Origin: Savitreella phatthalungensis
Taxonomy: Eukaryota
Reading direction: 5' to 3'
Length of the DNA stretch: 64,000 bases
Assembly (NCBI GenBank): GCA_051599415.1
Contig: AP039700.1
Location: 186,001 to 250,000, forward strand
The notes under the pieces were generated by a model. The model was not told the DNA's origin. It ran no database searches and saw nothing but the letters and a program-made list of their open reading frames with translations. Every line of letters starts with the position of its first letter. The stretch's first letter is position 1. Positions 1-9,198 of the stretch are shown here, one piece after another. The position numbers and the translations under genes were made by a program.

Positions 1-2355
1 CTGCTGTTGTTGCTTGCTGGCGTCGTTGAGCAATGCCTCTGTCGTCGTCGCAGCCCACCATGCTCCCGGAGCGTGCCTTGCGCGACTGGCACGAGGCAAA
101 TTCTCTGGGGTTCTTCCAAATGTCTTGAGAGCTTCGAGCATGCGTAGTCCACTCGGAGTCTGACTTCGTCTACGTCGGAAGCTGTTCTCGTCTGGGCCGC
201 CTCGAATCGCAACACGACCACGTCGTTCGATCGGGGACAAATGAACTGGCTCGACGATGTCCATCTCGTCCTCGTACCCACCCATGCCTGCATCGAATGC
301 TTCGGGCTCATCATCAGCAGGATCGTCAACAGGCACCCCTGCAATTACAGCTTCAGTCTCAGGCCCAGGCACTCGACGGCCAGCGTTCTTCAGCGGCGAC
401 CTGCTGCTTGCCGACGGTGGTGTCTCTGCACGCCGACGCGTCGGTAAGCTGAAGATTGGTGTCGTGACAGCCGCGGCAGCCTGTGCGCGTCGCTTTGTAG
501 CAGATTGCATTGGCCTTTGCGGGGTTGACTCGTTGCTCGTGTCTGCGTTTGGTGTCGCCTTGGCAGGCGTCGTCTGTGAGGGCTTGCTTGGTGAGGCAAT
601 GGGTGCGCGACGCGGTGGTGAGAGAGGGGTCGTTTGCAGCACGGGCGTCCGCTTGATGGACGGGCCAGTCGTGGGATTGCGCTTGATTGGCGAACCCTTC
701 TGGGCAGGAGTCTCCGGCTTCCGCTGCTCGAGTCGTAGCTTGCGCGACAGATCAACGAGGCGGCCAATACGTGGAGTGTGACGAGGCCGGAAAGATAGGC
801 CTGCCTGCACGGATCTGTCAGCTCTGCCTGGGGAGGGCGCTGACATGACGGGATCGGACAGTTCGTCGACCTCATTCGCAGGCTCCGAGTCAATTGGTTG
901 TTCTTCGGTCGTTTCAGTGGGTTGCGCATCGAGCTCCTCGGGAATGTCATCTGAGACTAGCTCATCATCTGGCTCGTTCGAAATTCTTTGAGGTGTGCCA
1001 AGTGAGCGGCGCGGACGTTTCGCAGAACGAAGCAACGGCGATTCAGCAGTGACACGTCGACGTGGCTCGGACGCGGCCAACACAAGCCGCCGAGGAACGG
1101 GCGTCTGTTCATCGGCAATATCCAATTGACGCTGACTGACCTCCACCGCATCGACAGGTATCTTCGTAGGGCTATTGATTTCGTCTTCGTCTGCAAACGG
1201 CAGCTCAACATCATCACCCGCCCGCGGCAAAGGGATATCCATGACGATGCGCGAGCGGCTGCGCGGAGTCGTCGGTGGAGCAGACTTTTGTTCATCGTCG
1301 CTTCCTTCGTCGAAGCCGGGCAGAAGGGCGGACCTCTGTGGGGTCAATGAACGCCTCCGACCCCGCCTCCGGCGTTCAGGCCCAAGTAGGTTCCCTTCTT
1401 CGCCAGCCCAGATCTCTTCTTCCGTGCCCTGATTGTTGCGCTCCGGGATGTCCATCGTTGTCCGTCGGGCACGAGCTTTTGGCGTCTGCGGCAGCACTGG
1501 CGTTGTATCAGACAATGCATGGGTTTCCGGATGCGCTGGTGGCACAGCAGGAGACTCATCTGAGCCAACAGCAGGCACAATCTGTGCTGCCGGAGTCGCC
1601 AGTGGTGCATGTTGGTTGACAGGCTGAACGCTCCTGGTCATTCGTGCCGGCGATCTGGCTGTAGCAGTGACCGGGTTAGCAGGTCTGCGGATGACGGGGC
1701 TATCATTGCTTCGCAGAGCGTCTGTGCTTTGGCTGAAGTGGATGGCAGACATGAGCGCAGAATTATTGGCGCCATAGCTATTGCCTGGGCGCTTGTGCGG
1801 CAGAATCGATGGTGTCTGTGTATCGCCTAGCAGATTCGTCGCAGCTGCCGATGCGCGAGACGATTGCTTAGAAACTGGCGTTTCAGCTAGGACTGAAACT
1901 TGAGCTGGGGAAGCCAGCGCAGGAGCATTGACCTGTGTGTCTGAGGGGCCAGCATTAGCAGGAATAGACGAGCCGGCTGCCTCGCTCGTGGGATCGTTGT
2001 CATCATCTGGCTCAGTCTCCGCAAAGCTCGGTGCTTTCCTAGGAGTTGGCTGATCTGTGTCCTGAAACGCTTCGTCAACGAGAAACTCGTCCATCTCGGC
2101 AGAGGAGAGAGGTACAGAGGCAGGCTGTTGCTCTGCAGAAAAATCCGCGGTCTCAATCGGGGCTTGCTCATTGAGTTTGCGTATGGGTGAACCAAGCTGT
2201 GGTCTGCGACGTGGAAATCTGCGCGGTGAAGTCGCGAGGCCTCTTAAGATGGAGCGCGTGTTGTCGCGCTTTGGTGTGGTCGGCACGTCGAGGGCTGCAT
2301 TGAAGGCGCCGCCTGCAGCAGATCCCGTTGGCAGTGACGGTCTGCCTCTCGACAT
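1..2355 (-). CDS. Large low-complexity S/T-P-rich nuclear protein, 3'-partial (>=785 aa, runs off window start); candidate kinetochore protein (CENP-T/CENP-C-like)
   Basis: ATG at 2355 with an in-frame TAG upstream at 2386-2388. Frame reads MSRGRPSLPTGSAAGGAFNAALDVPTTPKRDNTRSILRGLATSPRR... and reaches ...LPRASRARHAPGAWWAATTTEALLNDASKQQQQ at position 1. Absent from the ORF track, consistent with no stop inside the window. Function is inference only. Confidence 0.8.
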   Translation of the reverse strand, partial: MSRGRPSLPTGSAAGGAFNAALDVPTTPKRDNTRSILRGLATSPRRFPRRRPQLGSPIRKLNEQAPIETADFSAEQQPASVPLSSAEMDEFLVDEAFQDTDQPTPRKAPSFAETEPDDDNDPTSEAAGSSIPANAGPSDTQVNAPALASPAQVSVLAETPVSKQSSRASAAATNLLGDTQTPSILPHKRPGNSYGANNSALMSAIHFSQSTDALRSNDSPVIRRPANPVTATARSPARMTRSVQPVNQHAPLATPAAQIVPAVGSDESPAVPPAHPETHALSDTTPVLPQTPKARARRTTMDIPERNNQGTEEEIWAGEEGNLLGPERRRRGRRRSLTPQRSALLPGFDEGSDDEQKSAPPTTPRSRSRIVMDIPLPRAGDDVELPFADEDEINSPTKIPVDAVEVSQRQLDIADEQTPVPRRLVLAASEPRRRVTAESPLLRSAKRPRRSLGTPQRISNEPDDELVSDDIPEELDAQPTETTEEQPIDSEPANEVDELSDPVMSAPSPGRADRSVQAGLSFRPRHTPRIGRLVDLSRKLRLEQRKPETPAQKGSPIKRNPTTGPSIKRTPVLQTTPLSPPRRAPIASPSKPSQTTPAKATPNADTSNESTPQRPMQSATKRRAQAAAAVTTPIFSLPTRRRAETPPSASSRSPLKNAGRRVPGPETEAVIAGVPVDDPADDEPEAFDAGMGGYEDEMDIVEPVHLSPIERRGRVAIRGGPDENSFRRRRSQTPSGLRMLEALKTFGRTPENLPRASRARHAPGAWWAATTTEALLNDASKQQQQ

Positions 2356-2537
2356 CGGGTGATTGACGTTGTGCAACGACTGCGACTAGCTTATGGGAGT
2401 CATGAACATGACCGTTGTGATCTATTCATACCAAGATGATGACGTTGCTGAAACAACTTTGAGCTGCAAGGGCCTTCTATATGATACGCGCCTCCCCGTG
2501 ACTAATGTGATACACAGTCCGTGTGCAAGCTTGAACC

Positions 2538-2620
2538 CGTGCTCGTGCTCGTGCTCGTGCTCGTGACTGTGACCGTGACTGTGGCTCGTGAGTGTGATCG
2601 TGCCCGTGATTGTGATTGCG
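2538..2620. repeat. Degenerate hexamer microsatellite (GTGCTC/GTGACT/GTGATC)n
   Basis: gtgctc x4 followed by gtgact/gtgacc/gtggct/gtgatc variants, upstream of the minus-strand gene. Confidence 0.75.
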
Positions 2621-5600
2621 CGAGAGCTGTAGGTGGAGAGAGCGCTACGCTGCGGCGATGGCGGGTTGTGGTGTACGCAGTGTTAGCGTTGGACTCTGTG
2701 CCCAGCTGGAAGGCTATCCTGACTATACTCAGAGTCTATGGCAATTGTGATGCGTACATGGTCGTGCTTCCCATTCCTCCAACTCAAGCTAATTGAATGA
2801 ATGCAGGACACGCGCCTGGTGGTGGATCTAATTTTCAACTTTTACTTTTGGTGTATTACTTTTTACTGTGTATACGTACGTATTGATGCAAACTCCAGCT
2901 CATGGTCTGGAAGAGGTTGAATCACTCGGCTAAACAAAATTCAACTGACCTCATATGTAATTCTCCTTCGTTTTGATTTAGAAGTGGGATATTTTCCTTG
3001 ATTTGAGGTTTGTTATGGTTGAAGGTGATGTATTGACATGAATATTCGATCGTTGCTACTTAACTCTGTTCCACTTCGTTGCATACACGTGATTCTCTAT
3101 CATAGATGAACCATTGACCGCCACCGCATGATCGAGGTCAACCCCTACCGGACATCAGGCGATTTCAAACTGACGGACCTCCTTACATTCTAGATTCACT
3201 CTTCGCTGGCATGCAACAATCGGCTCCAATCCCATACGGTCGACGATCGGCGTGGATAGAATTGGAGTCTAATAAAAATCGTCAGCGTCAATTTTAGTCT
3301 CAGTGCCATATTTTCTTATTCATGGGTTCGTCTTGCACAGGCGCGAGTCCACCTCACATATGGAAGATTTGAACCTAAATGTAGCTCCTGAGTGAACTCC
3401 CTCGATCTTGACCAGAAATCAGCGCAAGCGGAAGTTGAGGGGTACACGAAGATTTTTGGCAGGGAAAAGTCAGAGCTGCTGTGGAACAGCCCTTTCGGGT
3501 AACTTCAGTCCTTCTCTACCTTATTGCGACGGTAAATATCTCGGTAACCTGGATACCGCCCGTGACGATCATCAATTCGCGAAGCAGCCTTCGTGCACGG
3601 TTTTACGACCCTGCGTCTTACTGGCTCATACGCCCACCAAGCTTGCGATAAATTGGAGATATCATTTTCTCGACCTACGACCCTGATGTCGAAGTGAGCG
3701 ATCGCGCCGAATACTGCGAAAGACGCACCAGCAGAGTTGTGAATCAGGGGGCACATGCACCCCGATCAGAAAAGAGACGTGCTCAACGATTGTCCCAATC
3801 TTAAATAACTGCTTTTGCACGCCTGTCGGGTTCGTCAGACAGTGATAGACAAAACTTATTCTATCATTCGCACACTGTTCTGTAGTCTACTACACTGCCT
3901 GTTTCAAGTTGTTTCCAAGGTGCTTCAATGAGTGCTCCTCAAGGAGGACGGAAGCGCCACCTGATGGAATCCTGCATAGGTGCATTGCGCCTTTGGAGAG
4001 TACGTGGGGCTGACCTGGACACTAGCCACGCCGACGTGGAGCCCGAATTGTGCAAATCCCAAGATCTACAGACCACCGATCAGCGTTGTCGATAAAGGTC
4101 CTCACGCGTCTAAACTTGGATTCATTCTCCATTGGCGGCCACGTTCTAGGCGATCAGGCACCTGCTCGTCAAATGAGTAAATTGTTCTGATTGGTGCGTT
4201 ACCACAAGTCTTCTGGCCAAGGTTTGAGAGCCTGGGGAAATGGTCAAACCCCAGATGTGTCACAGAGCCTGGCTTGGATCCCAAGGAGGCTGAAGCAGGT
4301 AAGAGAAAGTTCAAAATTTGCGGCAGGCTGATAGTCCTCATCGCTTTGTCCAACCGACCAGTGTACTCAGCTTCAGTTTTTTCAACTTGTTTTCACACAC
4401 TGTCAGAATCACCCCACCCGTGTATCCGATTACCTTAGGTCCATCTCGTCTGTGGCCAGAACTTTTCATGCAATCAGCCTCGAAGACCTTATCCGCATCA
4501 CATCCACATCCAAACCAACACCCAAGCAACAGAGCGGCTGAGATTACCACCACAAATTACAACCACAAAGACGTGGAGAATAATCCGTCAGACTTTTGAG
4601 TAGGGCCGATAAATCCAATCTGGAGAGGATGACCTCCATCAACCAGAAATTGTGCACGAACCAATCATTGTCTCCCGATATCTTCACAAAAATCATCAAT
4701 CAATCTGAGAAGAGCTAGATTCGGATCTGCTTGCAGGTTGCTTCTCTCCATAGTCGCTTTCCATGTATCTCTATGTTCATTGCAGCTGAGACTCAGGGCA
4801 ATTTAATATCCATTGTCCGTCACTGACGCCCCACCTTACCTTTGGTCATTTCTGCTATTCCAACTGTGCAGTGTGCTATCCTATCTGCATGAGAAAAGTC
4901 GCCGAGCGGTCTCCTTCGTTAGATTCATCCCCATCGCATCACGCGAAGCTCACTTAGGGTAGATTAATTTAAAGCATACTTCTACAACAGGAGCTTGTGA
5001 ATCAAATTACAGTCGATATAGTTAATGCCGACTGAAGCGGATTTGACAGCGGATAATTAGCTGCAGCAATCAGCAATCCAGGTAATCAATCAGTCGAGAG
5101 CCCATCATCGACTAGCGCTGGCGACGGTATCTTCACTTTCCATTCATCATATCACAACGGGCTTACTTGGTGTGCAGTCATCGCCTCCAAGGCAAGGTGC
5201 GTTAGCACGTTCATCTCATTTAACGAAACAGCCTATCTACCTGATATACCTGATATAAGGTCAGAGTGTCGCGCTCGGTCATTTCAAACCCCACAGATAC
5301 ACCTCCATTATCGTACATTGTTGTACTTAGGTTCTCGCACGACCGAATCTCGAAAGAATCGAGTCGGACCAGGGTTGTACATTCCTCCGGATCGATTGCC
5401 CGAAGACCGATTTCTATCTGCGACATACTTTCCCCGCGCGACTTGGTCCATAGGTCCTTCCAGAAGCGCCAAGGGCAATCACAGCAAGTGAGTTTGATAC
5501 ACTCTCCACGCGCGGTATTCTCTCCATTCACCCGAAGGAGTAATCTCTGCCAAGAAGAAGGTGAATCTCTCGCACACGAAAGAGAAGATCACGCACCACG

Positions 5601-5807
5601 CGAGACTCGTACCTCGTCTCCCCAGACCCGACTTCCAGAGCGATACGTGCCAAGTGACCTGGCATCTGTCGGACGAGCCCGCCGACTAGCAACCTAACGA
5701 CGCACCCACTCGTCTGACTTTCTTCCCCCTTCCTTTCCCATTCCGATTCTCGGACCTACAACCCCTCTATCCTTGCACACATCCACTCCCCTACAGCTCA
5801 ACCGAGC

Positions 5808-6470
5808 ATGCTTGCTTCCGGCGAGATGAGCGATAATTCACGGCAGAGCTCTGTCGACGAGCTTCTCAGCCGTGGACGGCATACAAGACCGCACACAGCG
5901 ACGTTCTACGGAGCGCAGCACGTCGAGTTTGCTCAACCTTCTTCCATTTTTGGCCACGGATACGAACACGGGGTTGACGCCTACGGAGAAGACGAGCACA
6001 TGATCCACCCTGACGGACAACGACCGCCAGAGATGAACCCTGAGGATCGAGCAAAGATCTACGCACTGTTCCAGACACAGCTGCCGGAGCAGTATCGCGA
6101 GCCAGCAAGATCTGCCTTGCTAGGTCCCGGCGCCGACAGTCGGCTCGAGCGCAATCACGGGGATGACGATGCTGGAGACTTGTGTCTGACGCGCCACCGG
6201 AATTCAGGCAAACCTTCAAATGCGTCCTACGACCACGTGAATGGTGGTGTCGGTACAGAGAGCCGTAAGACGTCGCGAGCTAAAAAGTTTGGTTTGACAT
6301 TGCGGAATATCTTCATGAACGAGCAGCCTGCGAAATCGCCAGTGGTGATTGAGCAACGCGGGCGGACGCGTGCAGGAACGTGGGAGGATCCACAGCTACT
6401 CGCTCGCCAGAATTCCATTGCCAAGACGCGTGCATACACCTACGACCCAGCGTATGTTGGCACTCTCTGA
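5808..6470 (+). CDS. Hypothetical protein (220 aa), no recognisable domain
   Basis: ATG-started ORF with protein-like composition, preceded by a pyrimidine-rich leader (5715-5800); rich in RxxS/T motifs. Confidence 0.65.
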   Translation: MLASGEMSDNSRQSSVDELLSRGRHTRPHTATFYGAQHVEFAQPSSIFGHGYEHGVDAYGEDEHMIHPDGQRPPEMNPEDRAKIYALFQTQLPEQYREPARSALLGPGADSRLERNHGDDDAGDLCLTRHRNSGKPSNASYDHVNGGVGTESRKTSRAKKFGLTLRNIFMNEQPAKSPVVIEQRGRTRAGTWEDPQLLARQNSIAKTRAYTYDPAYVGTL

Positions 6471-7038
6471 TGACCTTCCATCTGCTCATCCACACACATT
6501 CTCAATTCACCGAATCCAAGGGAAAGTCAACTTTACGAACCCACATCGACACATTCACCCAGCTGTCATTTGACAGTTCACGCGACCGCGCATGCTTCCA
6601 GTCCTTTTCATTCCTTTCAAAAGTTATCAAGCGTTTCTGGCGACCGGCTCTTCGTTCTCTTCTCGTCTGCGATCTATCATTATCATCATCAGCGTCATCA
6701 TCAATCATTCGAAACTCTCGATCTTTAACGACATGTCATCTTGTATCACTAGAATCTTTTTAGCTTAAGCTTACCCAACACTCTTTAGCTGAAATGGCAA
6801 ATGCTTTCAACTATCTAGTCCTCCTATCGTTTCAATGGACAGTAAGAGTGAGTTGGTGCTGTTTGTGAATCCGTCGTGGCTTGCCTGGCGAGCGTTCAGA
6901 GAAACTGACATATGCCATAGATGGTAGATATTTCATGCATGTAGCTGGATCAGACGAGTAAGTAGATTTGGTGGTAGTCTGGGTCTGATTCTAGATATTC
7001 AATTTGGATTAAATCGAGTCTCTAATTTATAGTTATCA

Positions 7039-7150
7039 GAAGAGAGAAGAGAATGAGTGAGAGAGATAGAGATCTAGAAAGAAAGAGAAAGAGAAAGATA
7101 GATAGAGAGAGAGAGTTCTCGAGAGAGAAAAAGGGGCGAAAAAGGGAACG
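7039..7150. repeat. Purine-rich (GA/GAAA/GATA) low-complexity tract
   Basis: gaagagagaagagaatgagtgagagagatagag...gagagagaaaaagggg. Confidence 0.7.
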
Positions 7151-7694
7151 GAATTACATCTACACTGTAAATTACACAATCCGCACAGTACACTTTCACT
7201 CTACGGTCCTGTGAGTGTATACGTATACTGTTACTGCATCTCTACTCTTTACCTTACCTTACTCCACTACCCATACACTCACTCTCTCACTCACTACACC
7301 CTATCACTCTATACTCTCTATCGTACATACACTCATACCCAGTCAGAGGAATCAAGTAGATCTCTACTTACCTGACTTCCACAACCACACACTACAATCG
7401 CCCCTGCAAGCTCACGCACGCGCACACGCACACACGCACACACATCGTCCTACACTCGAATATCCCTAATATACTCATCTACACGTGTGCGCGACCTTCT
7501 TCCTTCTCTAAACATTCAACATCTTAAAATCTAATTAAGTTTCTCCCTTCTCCCCTTCCCTTTCAACCTTCCAGCCCCTTCCGTCTCAACGAGCCGCGTG
7601 TCAAACGATCTCTCCCCTACCCCCACTCTTTCCATCCGTACGCTCTACGTCCTTCATCCATTCCTCCTTCCGACAGTCATCCACCTTCAGTGGC

Positions 7695-9158
7695 ATGCAG
7701 CAGTATGACAGCATAACTGGCAAGAAGCCCAGTCCCCATCCACATGCACATGCACATGCACAAGGATCTTCAGATGCTCCTTCTACCACTGCCACCACAA
7801 CATCCGCAGGCACAGAGACTCAGACAATCCGGAGTTTCAAGCTGAAGCCTAGAGACCGTGCAGCCTTAAGAATCCTACAACTCGATGCTGCAGTGCTCGC
7901 CTCTGCAGCACGCTTTGCAGCACTCACTCCGTCCGATGACGATCTCGCCGCAAATGAGCGTGCCAGGAGGGCGGCCAGCGATATTGTCCGTCGCGCTTTC
8001 CGCAGAGCTGTCCTACGCCATCATCCAGACAGACTGAAACGTTCCACCTCAGGCGCCTCCACACCTCTTCGAACCACGGGCGATCCCGCACCCACTGCTC
8101 CTGACGCATCATCCGCGCGACCCACAGCACGCAGGCAAGTGAGTTCTGCAGACTCTGCCGAATCAGCCGCCGACACTCTCGCCTACACAGACACCAATCC
8201 TTCACGAGCGAGCATTCCATCGATCGACCGCATCCGCGCTGCACGTGCACACCTACTCAGGAGACTCGAAATTGTCCCGCTCGGCGCAAAGCGGCTCCCG
8301 AAACGACCCAAACGACGTGATGACCCAGGTCACAACAGCGGTGGCGGTCGCGTAGGCAGAGCTGGTCCACGCACTTCCTCCACCGTCTCCTCGGGCGAGG
8401 CTGCACGTGGTCCCTTACCACCGCCTGGAACGGAAGGTGGTGGCGAGGATGGTGAGGATATCGACGGCGTAGCATTCACGAGCGACTCCTCTGCAGACTC
8501 CCTCTTGTCGGAGGACGGATTCCCCAGATCCTCCTCTTCCAAGGCACGATCCTCCTCCAAGCACCCTTCAGTCACCCCACACGTCGAGGTCGACCTGGAC
8601 GACTTTGAGTACCTCCCACCCCCATCCACCGTCAACCAGCCCCGGTCAGGCGAAGCACCAGCCACCAATTTCCTCTCGAACCTTGCAGTCCAATCAACCA
8701 GGGATGCAGCAAACGCAACACGCACACCGACACTCCCGCACGACCCATCCGGTTCAACTGATGACTCAAACCTCTCAACCGACCAACAAACCCAATCCCA
8801 ACCACCGAAACCAAACCAACTTGCCAACGACGATGATGATCACAATGACGACAACAACAACAAAGACGATGACGACAACGATATCAATGACGATGAAGAG
8901 AGCGAGACCGGGAGTCGCAGTCCCAGTGACCTATACGAGACCTTGATAAGCGGTACGTGTACTACGGGGAGTGGTCCTGGGACGGGATGGTATGGTGGTG
9001 AGGGTGTTGGTGACGATGCCGGTGGGATTTTCACGATGCCTTGCAGATGTGGTGGCTCGTACATTGTATCTGAGCACGATCTCGAACGCAATCGGGACCT
9101 GGTGAACTGTGACGGCTGCAGCCTTGTCGTCAAAGTCCTCTACCGCGCCGTAGACTAG
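7695..9158 (+). CDS. DPH4: Diphthamide biosynthesis J-domain/CSL zinc-finger protein (Dph4/Jjj3/DNAJC24-like), greatly expanded
   Basis: J-domain helix II-HPD (VRRAFRRAVLRHHPDR), conserved 'VDLDDF' motif, C-terminal CSL finger CRCGG...CDGCSLVVKVLY. Confidence 0.8.
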   Translation: MQQYDSITGKKPSPHPHAHAHAQGSSDAPSTTATTTSAGTETQTIRSFKLKPRDRAALRILQLDAAVLASAARFAALTPSDDDLAANERARRAASDIVRRAFRRAVLRHHPDRLKRSTSGASTPLRTTGDPAPTAPDASSARPTARRQVSSADSAESAADTLAYTDTNPSRASIPSIDRIRAARAHLLRRLEIVPLGAKRLPKRPKRRDDPGHNSGGGRVGRAGPRTSSTVSSGEAARGPLPPPGTEGGGEDGEDIDGVAFTSDSSADSLLSEDGFPRSSSSKARSSSKHPSVTPHVEVDLDDFEYLPPPSTVNQPRSGEAPATNFLSNLAVQSTRDAANATRTPTLPHDPSGSTDDSNLSTDQQTQSQPPKPNQLANDDDDHNDDNNNKDDDDNDINDDEESETGSRSPSDLYETLISGTCTTGSGPGTGWYGGEGVGDDAGGIFTMPCRCGGSYIVSEHDLERNRDLVNCDGCSLVVKVLYRAVD

Positions 9159-9198
9159 TCTCCCCTTCTGTACCTTTTTAATCCACATCCCAAATCTT

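Noticed and set aside
241..2362. Many short ORFs on both strands listed by the track
   Set aside because: All overlap the long minus-strand frame 2355->1 and are antisense or frame shadows
8139..8190. GTGAGT...CACAG possible intron in DPH4
   Set aside because: 52 nt would shift the frame and lose the CSL finger; branch site non-canonical; ORF is open without it
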